From assembly GCA_026936335.1 (NCBI GenBank), contig JAPMXV010000034.1, positions 558,001-622,000 on the forward strand: a DNA stretch of 64,000 nt. The letters are read 5' to 3'. Shown here piece after piece: positions 26,858 to 39,541 of this stretch. Numbering within the stretch: the stretch's first letter is position 1; every line of letters starts with the position of its first letter. This DNA comes from Mantamonas sphyraenae STR306. Lineage: Eukaryota; Protista; CRuMs. The translations under genes were made by a program, and so were the position numbers. The notes beneath the pieces are model-generated. The model was not told the origin of the DNA, made no database searches, and was given only the letters and a program-made list of their open reading frames with translations.

Positions 26858-27271
26858 ATGGCGTCCCCACAGTGGCAAGGATCGGACCTGATGGAGGAGG
26901 ACTCTGCAGCCAAGATGCTGTTTACGTCGTCCATGAGCAGTGTGTCGTTTGAAGATTCGAGGACGGACGGTGGGTTGTTGGGCGGGGTCGTCGCTTGAGA
27001 ATGGCGGGCTTTTGGCGGGAAAACGCTGACACAGCGAGTGGAATGGGGTGGCATGGTGGGTATGGATGCAGAGGACGATGCATTGATGCAGCATCTGCTG
27101 GAATCGGGGGAGGAGAAGAGTGTGCAGGAGGTGAAGGCCGAAGTGGAGGAGACGCTTGTGCGGGAGGTTCAGGAGTCGCTTAGGGAACTGGTGCAGGTGG
27201 TGGATGACACACAGTGGATGTACACAGGGAGTGGGAATAGGGTCAGGAGGAGGGGCAAGCGAGGGATTTGA
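26858..27271 (+). CDS. Small two-exon protein resembling APC/C subunit 16
   Basis: Intron 26970-27071 is in phase and has a CTGAC branch site. KMLFT and LVQVVDDTQWMY resemble remembered ANAPC16 KALFT and LVEELEADEWRF. Confidence 0.4.
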
Positions 27272-27292
27272 TGTGGATGGTGTGGACATGCG

Positions 27293-27935
27293 ATGATGGA
27301 ACCAGAGCAAGGAAGCAAAGAAAACCCTTCAGCACCTGTTCTAATGTTGCGCACAGGCACAGTGGGCTCGGGAGAGTTTTCAGCCATTGGCAATGGGAGG
27401 GAAGAGGGTAGGGCAAAGGTGGAAGGACCACCGAAGAACTGCTGCGGGTTGTGCTTCTTGTCTCCCACGGGCCAGCGCGTGTACAGCTTGGCAACGGCCG
27501 CGTTGGCATACGCAGCCGTGCCTGCGTTTGCCGGACTGGAGAATGTGAGCACGGCGGTGATGGCAGCGTGGGTGGGTACGGTTCGCGCTTGCGGTGGGGG
27601 TGGATCAGGTGAAAAGGCGGACGGAAATGCACCGGGGGTGGCAGGAGTTTGCGCCGTCGTACGTGTCACAGTTCAAGCAACGCAGCCTGTTGGCGTTGTG
27701 TGCAGCATCCATGGGCTTGGCCTGTGTGCTTGTCATGGCCTTTGTGCTGGTGGCTCTGGAAAGGGCCGAGGCTTTGAACAGCCACAGCCACTGGTTGTCT
27801 GTGATCTGGAGTTGGCTGCTGTTCAAGTGGTCTCTGATGGCATACCGACATGTGCGTGCTGTGTGTTTGATCGACATGGATGCCGAGTGGAGGCGGGACG
27901 CGCAGCAGTTTCACGACATGTGGGAGGAGGGGTAG
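27293..27935 (+). CDS. HRG-1/SLC48A1-like haem transporter (splice model uncertain)
   Basis: QRVYS..STAVMAAWVG and LSVIWSWLLFKWSL resemble HRG1 RAAYS..TAAMGGLAG and LSSVWSFISFKWAF. The two halves are in different frames around a G-rich intron-like segment. Confidence 0.5.
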
Positions 27936-28218
27936 GACGACGATGCCCTGTGACATGAACACATGGATGTACGCAATGAACAGTAGAGGGTGTTTGTTGT
28001 TGTTGATGTTGTTTGGTGAGTGAGTCCCAGCCCCTGTGTGTGACTCTGTGTGATGATGATGAGTGCAGGGTGCGCGTTGTGCTGCGCATGGCATGGCCAA
28101 CCAGCCTCGCCAGGGATGAATGGATGTTCTCAAGGTCGAAAAAGAAAGTGCAACCACGAGCGGAGAAGGGCACACAGAGGTTGTGAACGCGGAGAACGGA
28201 GGTGAAAACACGAGTGTT

Positions 28219-29716
28219 TCACCCGCCGTAGCCGACCGCCTGAGAGACAAGACCGATGGCACCACCAAAGACATTGCCCCACACAATGAGCCAGCCCAAA
28301 TGGACACGGATGACCTCTTCGAGCAGCTCCTTGACAATCTCGGGAGTCAGCTCCTCGAGCTTGGTGGTCATGAGAGAGTCAATCTCCTCGCGCAGCTTGT
28401 CCACGTTGAGGTTCTTGCTGGGGTCAAAGGTCTCAAGGAGGAGAGGGGCAATGTCGGAACCCATGCCCAGGACAAAGGGCTTGATCATAGGCTTCAGGGA
28501 GGCAGGGTTGACGCCCATCATGGCAATCATCATGCCCTCTGGTCGCTCAGCCAGTTCCTTCAGCTTCACATCGATAATGTTGTCCACAGCCTCCGACTCG
28601 AGCATCTGTCCGATCTTTTCCTCTGTGGAAGCGTGTGTGAGTGTGTGTGTGAGAGGAAGGGAGAAAGGGAAGGAGGGGACATCGGGTTGGGGTGCGTGCG
28701 TGTGTGTGCTGGCCCACGAGGTCACGTACCGATGTTCAGGCTGGCGGTAAACTGGCCTGTCTTTTGCTTGACATACTTCTTGAGGAACTCCGGGTCGAAG
28801 AAGGTCTTCATGATGGTGTTCTTGACGGTTTCACGGATCTCCTTGAAGCGAGTGGGGATGACACCCGAGCCGACGAGACCGGGCACCTTGTCAAAGAGCA
28901 TCTTGACAGCAAGCCAGTTGGTGAAGCCACCTGATGGGATGGGTTGGACGAATGACACGCAACCATGGTGGAAGGCGGGGTCAGTCGAAGGGGGAATGCG
29001 GATTCGTTGGAACCCTCAGCGGGGAGTTTTCCCAGGGGCCCTGGTCGATGGGCAGGCTTCTCACTCGCGTGGGAGGACCATCCTGGGATTGTGGCGGCAC
29101 AGGTGCAGGATATGAAGTGGGAACAGGCAGGCATGGACGTGGGATGTGGCCGTGGCAAGGGGAAACGTGGGCCAGGAGGGCAAATCTTGGATTTTCCGCT
29201 GGTCGGGGGGTGGACGAGGAAAACGGGTGACGGAGGATGGCAGGTGGGGGTTGGGGAAGGGAGGGAGAAGTGGGAGCGGGTGGGATGGAACCTACCGGAG
29301 AAGCCAAAGAGACCAAAGGCAAGGATGTACGGGGCGACGACATCCTGAGGAAGGGAAAGACGGAGGATGAGGCCGATAATCATGATAACAAAGGTGAGGG
29401 TGTTGCTGAGAAAGCCCTTGTTGAGGCGCTTTTCGATATACTTTTGATAAAAGGTGGGTTGTGCATCGGCCTGTTGTTGCTGCTGTTGTTGTTGCTTCCT
29501 GTTGGCATGGCTGCTGCTGCCAGCAGAGGCGGCGGAAGAGGAAGCGTCGTCGTGGTCGTCGTTTCCCAGATCGATCTCCACAACCTCCTCATCCTTGACT
29601 GTGGTGGTTTTGGGCGCATCCATCTCGTGGGTGGAAATGGAATTGTCGTCAACTTCGATGTGATCCATCTCGACGTCAGAGGTGGCGTCTTCGGTTCGCT
29701 TGGGGCTGGTGGACAT
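28219..29716 (-). CDS. DUF445-family membrane protein (3 exons)
   Basis: GLFGFSG/GFTNWLAVKMLF..GSGVIP and C-terminal HLGWLIVWGNVFGGAIG. Confidence 0.8.
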
Positions 29717-29745
29717 CAACAGGCTGAGGCGCGAAGGTGGGGGCC

Positions 29746-29763
29746 GTTGGCGGTGTCAGCGCC
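29746..29763. promoter_or_regulatory. Candidate bidirectional-promoter motif GTTGGCGGYGTCAGCGCC
   Basis: Second copy of the 14409-14426 motif. Confidence 0.5.
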
Positions 29764-29790
29764 GGCCTTGCAAACTCAAGGAAGTGGGGA

Positions 29791-32700
29791 ATGCAGGCGG
29801 ACACACAGGGCAGGAGACGGCGTGTGTTGAGTGCCAATGCGCGGGAACGGCAGGGAATTCCACGGCTGGGAGAGCAGCAGATGATGGGGGGTGAGCGAAG
29901 CGGCAGGAAAGGACAGAGCAGGAGTGCAGCAGGAGGCTCGCGACGCAGACCACCGAGTGCGCCAGCAGGGGTGCGCAGTGTGTCCTTTGCAAGCGACACA
30001 GTGGGCAATGCAGGCGCAGGACAGGATGGCATGGCAGTGGTGGTGGTGGAGGGACAGGGCGGGCAGGAGTCGAGCGCGGGTACGTTGGGCTGGACAAACG
30101 ACGGCGATGAGTGGGAAGGGAATGGAGATGGGGAAGGGTGGGATGATGAGGATGAGGAGGAGGATGAGGATGAGGAGGAGGAGGAGGATGAGGATGAGGA
30201 GGAGTGGGAGGATGACGAGTGGGAGGAGGAGGAGGAGGAGGACGGCGGCTGGGAGAAGGGACTAAGGGGAGCGCTGGAAGAGGACTTGAGACAGGAAGAG
30301 AGGATGCAACTGCGTCTGAAGAACGAATACTATCTGAGCAAGCACCCAGAGGTGCAGAAGCTGATCTCGAGGTTTCTGGCAGAGTGTATGGAGCTTGCAC
30401 CGGCAAAGCCAAGCCAGTTTGCAGTGGACTTTTTCACACACCCACAACTGCGGGAGTTTGTGCGACACAACCGTCCATCGCCGTTTCTGGACGAGAGGGG
30501 CGACAATGCGATGAATGCACGTCTGCTGATCCACTCGCACGCGCGGCTGGGAGCCAAGAACGCGGATCCAAAGACGGTGAAGCGGCGGCTGAAGCGGCTA
30601 CAGGCTGGGCCAAGGTACAGTCGACGAGGAAGTAGCAGCAGCATGCAGAGCCAGAGGAGCCTTGGGGAGGGAGGGAATGGAGATGGGGAGGGTGGGGATG
30701 ATGGTGAGATCATGGTTGCACGACAACCCATCATGCGGGTGTTGTACACGAGTGACAGTCAGGATGTGGTGGCCAAGGCATACAGTGCTGGGGATCCGGC
30801 TGTGGTGGCACAATTGGTGCGGAATGTGCGTGCCACGTACCACAACATGGGCCACCAGGGGTCTGCGGCAATGATCCCCACGGTGTTTGTGCACGGGGGC
30901 AATCTGTTGGGACCCAACCTGTACAATGCTCTGCCTGTGCAATTGCAGGCGGGAAGACACAAGGTGGGAGTGGGCCGCAGTGCCAAACCTCCGTTTGAAC
31001 ACGTGGGCAGCAAGTTGCTGGCCATTGAACCGTTGAGCAGCGGCGGTCCGTACCCTGGCATGGAGGTTGCCTCGCAGATGGGAGTCGATGTGGTTGTGCC
31101 AGGCCCTGCAGATGTGCAGGTGTTGCGCAGTCACCTGTTTCAGGACGTGTTGGAACGGTACGCAGGTGTGTCGTGGGTGCTGACAAATGCCACGCTGGAT
31201 GGACAGCTGTTTCGTGTGAGGGAGAGCAGTGCGCGTGCGGCGCATGCCGAGGGACGTTTGGTTCCAGTGCATGACTTTCACCAACGCCACAAGGATCTGG
31301 TGGCCTTCCATGGCATCAATCAGTTCCACAACAATGCGTACCGCTACCTTCCGCTGTTGTACCGCAAGCACTTGCTGTTTGTGTGTGGTCTGATGCACCC
31401 GGGGGCCTATGCACACGATGAAGCGGCCATGGCGGACATGGGCATTGTGGACGTGCGTGACGACTTGGTCAACACGCTAGAGGAGGCGTACGCGGAGTTT
31501 CGCGAGGCAATGGGACAGTACAGCGAGATGCGACGGCAGGTGGCACATGCCACGTTGGTGTTGGTGCTTCGGTATGAACCGCACACACATCCAAACCTGG
31601 CCAACGAGGTGTACGCGCAGCTGACAAACTCGGCGACGCTGAAGGCGTTCTTCAGGGACGACATGGTGATCCACCTGGCACACAACCACGAGGCGTACCA
31701 CATGCCCATGACACCCATGTTCCACGCAGGCACGAGGTGGAACAGGCTGCTGGTGCACCATTTCTACCGCGTGGCGCGTTCGGAACTGTTGCCGCTGCTG
31801 GATCCGTTGCGTCGTGTGAGCGAAGCCAAGCTGAAAACGGTGCTGACCAGCATGCAGTCTGATCGTACGCCACGGTTCAACGAACAGGGTCAACCGCTGA
31901 ACTTGGCTGCGTTGCGGCACGACAGCAACCTGAGCAGTGTGAGTGTGTCGTCGTTGGGGTCATCGGAAGGGGGCAGCAGCAGCGGCAGCGTGAGTGGCCC
32001 GCATGTGCTGCAGACAGTGGCACGGCGCAAGAGCTATCGCAAGCAGAGCAGCAGTGCGGTGGCGGCAACGTTTGTGTCTGCGTTGCAGGAGAAGATTGGT
32101 GTGGAAGAGGATGAGGGGAAGGGTACGGGCCAAGGCAAGGGCAAGGGCAAGGGCAAGGGCAAAGGGAAGACGGGGCGCAAGGACAGCGTGGGTGTGGAGG
32201 AATTGGACGCCGACACACGGTATGAGGAACGCACATACCAGCCGATCAACTATTGGTGGCCGGCAGGCCATTTCACGTCGTTCTACCTGCCGACGATGGC
32301 GATGGGAGACCACGAGCGACGGTTTGAGAGCGGGCAGGAGGAGATGGACACGTGGGTGAGCGAACGGGCAAAGTTCCTGGGATTGTTTGCAGAGTTTGCA
32401 AACGACGAGGGTCGGCTGGAGTACGGCCAGCTGGGGGAGCTGTTGGAACGTAGCAGTGTGGGCAACAAGCAGGAGTTGGATGCAGTGAGTGTGGCGCGAC
32501 ATTTGGACCTGTCGACAAGTGGGACGGTGGACTCGCACACGCTGTGGACGTTCCTGTGGCCGCTGGTGGCACGTCAGGAATTCGAGCGGGGGATTTTGCT
32601 GCGGTTCCACGACATGGACACAGCGGAACGGATGGTGGTGACACGACGTACGTTTGGGGAGCTTCTGAGTTGGGTGTCACACGAGTGGTACTTTTCACGC

Positions 32701-33903
32701 ACGGCCACGAGCACAGCGCAGTGCGATCTGGGTGGATATGTGGGAACGCGACTGAACGGTCTGTCGTTTGTGGAACAGAACGAGCGCATGGCACTGCTAC
32801 GTCGCAAGGGCAACGCAAAGGTGTTGAGTGACGAGTATGTGGGTGGCCTGTATGCGTTCTTTGACCATCGCGGGCGGGGACACGTGCGCCTGAACGATCT
32901 GCTGAATCGGGTGAGTGCGTTTGACCTCGTGCACTCGCGTATCCGACACCACAGCTACACGCTGCGCCACGTACGCAGTGTGGTGGAACACTACGAAGCG
33001 CTTGCGATGGCGTGGGTGGGTGTTGGTCACGCAGATGCTCTGTACACGCCTGTGTGTGCGGTGGAAGGGAACGTGGAACAGCCGCCCCATTGGACGTGTG
33101 GCAAGTCCAGCCCCATGGCCACTCTGGTTGCGTATGCCATGCGTGAGCCGGAAGTGGTGGGTGTGCTCAGTAGCCAGGGACTGTTGGATGTGCCGGGGAT
33201 GGATGGAGAGGCGATGGTAGTTCCGTTTGTGACGCCGCGTTCGTTGGGGCTGGGCATGGTGGCGTCACACACTCTGCGTGTGCGCGATCTGGTGACAGTG
33301 GCGCATGGTGAGGGCGATGAGGCAGGGCTGTGGGCAGCCAGGCTGCCGTACGAGCAGTTTGTGGAGATGTACAGGGCGGGATTGGACATGCACTTTGCAC
33401 GGGAGATGCTGTTTAGCAAGGCACCGTTGAGCATGGACTTTCCCACCACGGGTGTGTTGGGACTGGTGTACAACGTGGATGTGCCCGAGGACAGCTTTTT
33501 GTTTGACATGCGGGACAACGGCAAGAACACGCTGGCAGGGGCGTACCGTGCACGTGTGCGTGCCCAAGACGCACCCTGGGTGGTCGTCCTGGCCGACGAG
33601 AGTGTACACCGGCCCGGGAGTGTGTACACGCGTGTGGTGGGACCCAAGCGATGGGAGCGTGTGTCGGGCGATGTGCGCGAAGTGATGGAGGCGACGCAAG
33701 GACTGATGGATGTCAACGCAGGCAATCTGCGTGCAGGTGCACTGGTGTTGCATGCCATGCGTGTCGCATCGGGAGAAGACGCGGCTGGGATTGTCAAGAT
33801 GCGTGCGTTGAATCGGATTGGGGTGTTTTTTGTCGATCGCAACGGTGACGAGGTGAACGACGGTGTGTTGGGCAACATGTACGGCGGGGAGTGGTGGAAG
33901 TAG
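29791..33903 (+). CDS. RIIa/Dpy-30-like D/D domain + degenerate 5'-nucleotidase (metallophosphoesterase) + EF-hand-like protein
   Basis: NEYYLSKHPEVQKLISRFL..AVDFF (RIIAD1-like). Nucleotidase-like layout VLYTSD, VFVHGGN, GVDVVVPG, WVLTN. EF-like loops DLSTSGTVD and DHRGRGHVR. C-terminal SPMATLVAYAMR. Confidence 0.6.
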   Translation: MQADTQGRRRRVLSANARERQGIPRLGEQQMMGGERSGRKGQSRSAAGGSRRRPPSAPAGVRSVSFASDTVGNAGAGQDGMAVVVVEGQGGQESSAGTLGWTNDGDEWEGNGDGEGWDDEDEEEDEDEEEEEDEDEEEWEDDEWEEEEEEDGGWEKGLRGALEEDLRQEERMQLRLKNEYYLSKHPEVQKLISRFLAECMELAPAKPSQFAVDFFTHPQLREFVRHNRPSPFLDERGDNAMNARLLIHSHARLGAKNADPKTVKRRLKRLQAGPRYSRRGSSSSMQSQRSLGEGGNGDGEGGDDGEIMVARQPIMRVLYTSDSQDVVAKAYSAGDPAVVAQLVRNVRATYHNMGHQGSAAMIPTVFVHGGNLLGPNLYNALPVQLQAGRHKVGVGRSAKPPFEHVGSKLLAIEPLSSGGPYPGMEVASQMGVDVVVPGPADVQVLRSHLFQDVLERYAGVSWVLTNATLDGQLFRVRESSARAAHAEGRLVPVHDFHQRHKDLVAFHGINQFHNNAYRYLPLLYRKHLLFVCGLMHPGAYAHDEAAMADMGIVDVRDDLVNTLEEAYAEFREAMGQYSEMRRQVAHATLVLVLRYEPHTHPNLANEVYAQLTNSATLKAFFRDDMVIHLAHNHEAYHMPMTPMFHAGTRWNRLLVHHFYRVARSELLPLLDPLRRVSEAKLKTVLTSMQSDRTPRFNEQGQPLNLAALRHDSNLSSVSVSSLGSSEGGSSSGSVSGPHVLQTVARRKSYRKQSSSAVAATFVSALQEKIGVEEDEGKGTGQGKGKGKGKGKGKTGRKDSVGVEELDADTRYEERTYQPINYWWPAGHFTSFYLPTMAMGDHERRFESGQEEMDTWVSERAKFLGLFAEFANDEGRLEYGQLGELLERSSVGNKQELDAVSVARHLDLSTSGTVDSHTLWTFLWPLVARQEFERGILLRFHDMDTAERMVVTRRTFGELLSWVSHEWYFSRTATSTAQCDLGGYVGTRLNGLSFVEQNERMALLRRKGNAKVLSDEYVGGLYAFFDHRGRGHVRLNDLLNRVSAFDLVHSRIRHHSYTLRHVRSVVEHYEALAMAWVGVGHADALYTPVCAVEGNVEQPPHWTCGKSSPMATLVAYAMREPEVVGVLSSQGLLDVPGMDGEAMVVPFVTPRSLGLGMVASHTLRVRDLVTVAHGEGDEAGLWAARLPYEQFVEMYRAGLDMHFAREMLFSKAPLSMDFPTTGVLGLVYNVDVPEDSFLFDMRDNGKNTLAGAYRARVRAQDAPWVVVLADESVHRPGSVYTRVVGPKRWERVSGDVREVMEATQGLMDVNAGNLRAGALVLHAMRVASGEDAAGIVKMRALNRIGVFFVDRNGDEVNDGVLGNMYGGEWWK

Positions 33904-33946
33904 GTGGCGTTGAATGCAGAATGCAGAATGCAGAGGTTCGTGTTTT

Positions 33947-36900
33947 TTACCAAAGGAGAATGGGTTCAGACTCTGTGGTGGGCACGACGCCGGCGTGTTC
34001 GATGCGCAGGGTAAGGGCCTTGCAGACAGATGACTCGGAAGGAGTGACGAGTCCCTTGCCAGCGAGCTCACCAGAGGCAATGGCATCGACGGCACAGCCG
34101 ACGGGGATGCCGACGGTGCGTGCCATGGCGGAGGCGTTGTCGTCGCCATACTCGACGAGCTGCGAGGTGTACCTGGTCTGTGTGCCGTCCTGGGTCTCTG
34201 CAATGACGGAGACAATGAGCAGCACAAGGTCCTTCTCGCCGTCCTCGTAGGCCAGCTTCTCGCTGAGCCAGTCGACGACGACGTCAAACGGAGAGGTGCC
34301 ACTCTTGGGCACGAGCTGGGTGCTGAGAAGACCCAGGGTCATCATCTTGGAGACGGCCTGGCGTGCTTTTGTCTGGGAGAAGCCCTGACCAATGAGAGTG
34401 GCAGCGACGGCGCGACAGACATGTTCGAGGGAGACGTCGCTGTCCTCGTCGATGTAGACGAGGTCTGCAACGAGCTGGTGCCAGGTGATGTCCTTGCCCG
34501 AGGCGAGGAGGTGGTTCTCGTCGTGGGAGATGAGGCCGAGCTTGTCGATGGCATGCATGGTTTGGAAGTAGCCCTTGTAGCGGAGGGTGCCACGCACAAA
34601 GGTGCTGGCCTCGCTGAGGACGCCGTACTCCTTGGCAAAGTACAGGGAGTTGTGGTTGGGCACAGCCTCGACGTTGTATCCGGGGCAGTAGGGGATCTCA
34701 CCCAGGGAGTGGGAGTACAACAGTTTGCCGTTGACCTTTGCGGTGAGGCCATCGATGCGATACACGGCGTCGCGGTGCATGGAACGCAGGGCACCGGCGG
34801 GACTCCAGCTGAACTTGTAGCCCAGGGCATTGTTGTTGTCCTCCGGGGCGGGCAATCCACCACAGTAGCTCTCGAGGGAGACGACCTTTGCGTCGAGGTC
34901 GTTGTGGACCATGTCGATGAGGTTGCGTGCAAGCATGTGGTCGAGACCTGGATCGAGGCCCATCTCACACAGGACGGTGATGCCAGCCTCGGCGATGTCT
35001 GCCTCCAGTGCACGCATCTCGTCGCTGATGTAGCTTGCGTTGACCATGTCCTTCTTGTGACGCACACAGAGCTTGGCCACGGGTGGGTGGAGGTGTGCAG
35101 GCAGGAGACTGATGACCATGTCGGACTCCGAGACAAGCTGATCGAGCAGCTCATCGTCCTTGGTGCTGTCACACCGGACGGGCGTGCAACGCGGATGGCC
35201 ACCGCAGAGGGCCACGGCCTCGTCCAGGAAGAGACTGGCCACAGTGACGATGTAGTTGCCTGCATCCATCATGTGACGCACCAGCGGAGGCGTCACCATG
35301 CCGGCACCGAGCAGGAGCACCTTTTTGAACTTTTCCTCATTGGCACGGCGCATGTCGGCAATGTACTTGAAGCCAGGTGTGAGTTGGCCGTGTGTCAGCA
35401 GGATGGAGTTGCGCACCTCGTCGCAGATGTCTGTCTGTTGGTCAAAGGGGACCGAGCCGTCTGCCACGGCCATTTCGGGGATAAAGGGCATGAGGTGGGT
35501 TCCAAAGAACTGGAGTGGGGGGGGAGGGGGGGAGGGGGGGGGGGTTAGTGAGTGTGTGGGATTTGGGGGGGTTGGGGAGGGGGGAGGGAAGGGGGGAGGA
35601 CGGCACTCACCTCGGATGCCTCGCGTGCCAGCTCGCATGGGAGGTTGTCGATAGCAAGTACAAAGAGTCCCTTGGCGTAGATGTCGTTGGAGGTGTTGCC
35701 TGTGTCGAGATCGTAGATGAAAAAGGGATCGTCGATGCTGGTGGAGTCGAGCATCCACTCGACGGAACCGCCAATGTCGCAGCTGACGTCAATGTCAAAC
35801 TGGAGGCGCAGCTTGCCTGCATCACGCAGATCTTTGGTCTCTGCAATGGAGAGCAGACGCGGCTGGTGTTCCTCCCAGTACATGCCGTTGACGAGGACGG
35901 TGGTGTACGGGGCGATCTGCTCGGCAAAGATGGAGCGGTAGCGCTTGGCACCGTGCTCGTAAAACTCCTTGCGGTCAAAGGGACTCGAACCATCGACGTG
36001 TTGGACCCAATCGCGCGAAGAAAGGTTGCACACGTAAACGACCTTGTTGCTGGCGGCACCCGGCTCAAAGAGGGCAGGCAGCTCGTCCACAGTCACCTCC
36101 TGCACGGGGAGGGAGTAAAGAACGTCGCGGGCTCCGGTGGCACACTGTCCCTTGCCACCTGTGATGGTGATGACAAAGGGCACGAGCGAGTCATCGAGAC
36201 CGACGTTGGCAATCTGCTTGCCCACCTGGGCAACGGCATCCTTGGCATCGGCCACCGAATCGTAGGTGTAGGCAGGCGCGACTTGCTGTGGAGAGAGTGT
36301 GTGCGAGGTCGCATGTGCAGGCGCAGCGGCAGAGTGTGCACACAGAGTGAGTGCGAGGCCAGAGGCAAAGAGGGCGGTTTGCGCAAATTTTCAGGCGGCG
36401 AGGAAACCCACCAGAAACGGCGTCTGCACGCCCTGTGCCAGCAGGCGGTTGCCAACAAAGGAAAGACCATCGATGGACCCTGCGCGGCCTGCGTACTGGC
36501 CGAATCGCACCAGGCGCTGGCCGTTGTTGTCGCGGATGCGCTCGTAGTCAAAGAGACGGATGTTCTGGGAGAGGAGAGGCGGACCCGTGGCGGCGGCACG
36601 GGGGGATGGAAATGAGCACGGCGAGCGTCAGAGGGCGGCTGTGGACGGGTGTGCATAGGCAGGGAGGGACGGATACCTTGCGCAGCATGACATCCATGAG
36701 TGGCATGTTGTACGGCTGGGCCTTGATGATGTGGGAGAAGAAGATGTAGTTGCGGTTGGGAATGATCACATCGGCCGGCACTTCCTTCACGGCCACAATG
36801 AGGGCGGCGGGGCTCAGATCCTCGTCAATGACAGCGCCAGCCTGTGGGAGGTGGGATGGGATGGGATGGGGAGACACACGGAAGGGTAAGCATGAGGAAC

Positions 36901-37146
36901 GGTGCGTGGGTGCCCAAAGGGAAGAAGAGAACTTGCCTCCTCGTATTCCGTGTCGGCAAAGATGCGCATCTTGCTGGGCTGCACGATGACTTTGAGGCCG
37001 TGGGTGTTGACGAGCTCGCGCACATTGTCTGGGGTCAGGGCTACGCGGCGTTCCCATCGGTTCTTGGTCTCACGCCGGATGCCAATGATCTTGTTTCCTT
37101 TCAAGGTGGCTGTGGAGCTTTCGGTGGAGCTGGAGCTTGAAGACAT
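33947..37146 (-). CDS. AASS: Bifunctional lysine-ketoglutarate reductase/saccharopine dehydrogenase
   Basis: GIRRETKNRWERRVALTP, FFSHIIKAQPYNM, DYERI, IDNLPCEL, then SDH VLLLGAG, EMGLDPGLDHM, SYCGGLPAPE, YKFSWSP, RGTLRY, MARTVG. Four introns, the first GC-AG (36936-36842). Confidence 0.95.
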
Positions 37147-37616
37147 TGCTGGGGGTAGTTTTGGTGGGTGGGAAGGAGCAAGGGTAATTGTGGTGGGTGG
37201 TGGAGAGGAAGCGGGGATGGGGATGTTGGTGTGGGAGTGTGCGTGATTGTGTGTGGCAGAGTGCAGTGGGGGAGGCCTGCGGGGAGGGAGGGAGGGAGCG
37301 GGATCCGGAGATTTTGCACGTGTCGGGATGCCTTGAGACAATTTGACGTGGGACGTTGGGACAGGGATGGAAGGGTGGAAGGAGGTTGTGGGATGGGATG
37401 GCTGGGGGTCGATCGTGGGAAAGGGGGACAGGTGAGGGTAGAGGGGCGTGGAGGTGGCGTGGATGAGGAAGGAGGGTGTTTGTTTTGTTGATGATGGTGT
37501 GATGATTGTAGGGTGGTTGGGAAATGAATGGGAGGACCTGGGAGGGGAGGAGAGAAGGAGGGGGAGTTGGGTGGGGTGTTGGGAGGGAGGGGGGAAGGCG
37601 ATCGTTGTGTGGTGGA

Positions 37617-39354
<1,738 letters not shown>

Positions 39355-39541
39355 CCGTTGGGAGGGGATTGTGGGAGGGAAAGGGGAGGGAATTGGGTGT
39401 TGGGGGGGGTGGGTTTCGTGTGGATGGGTTGGCGCGGGGGGCAAGATGTTCTTCTTGGGTCGTTCGAATGTGGCTCAGCGCAGTGCGCAGGGTGCGGTGG
39501 CATTGTTGTGTGTCTGATCTGTGTGCTTTGTGTGCGTGGGA

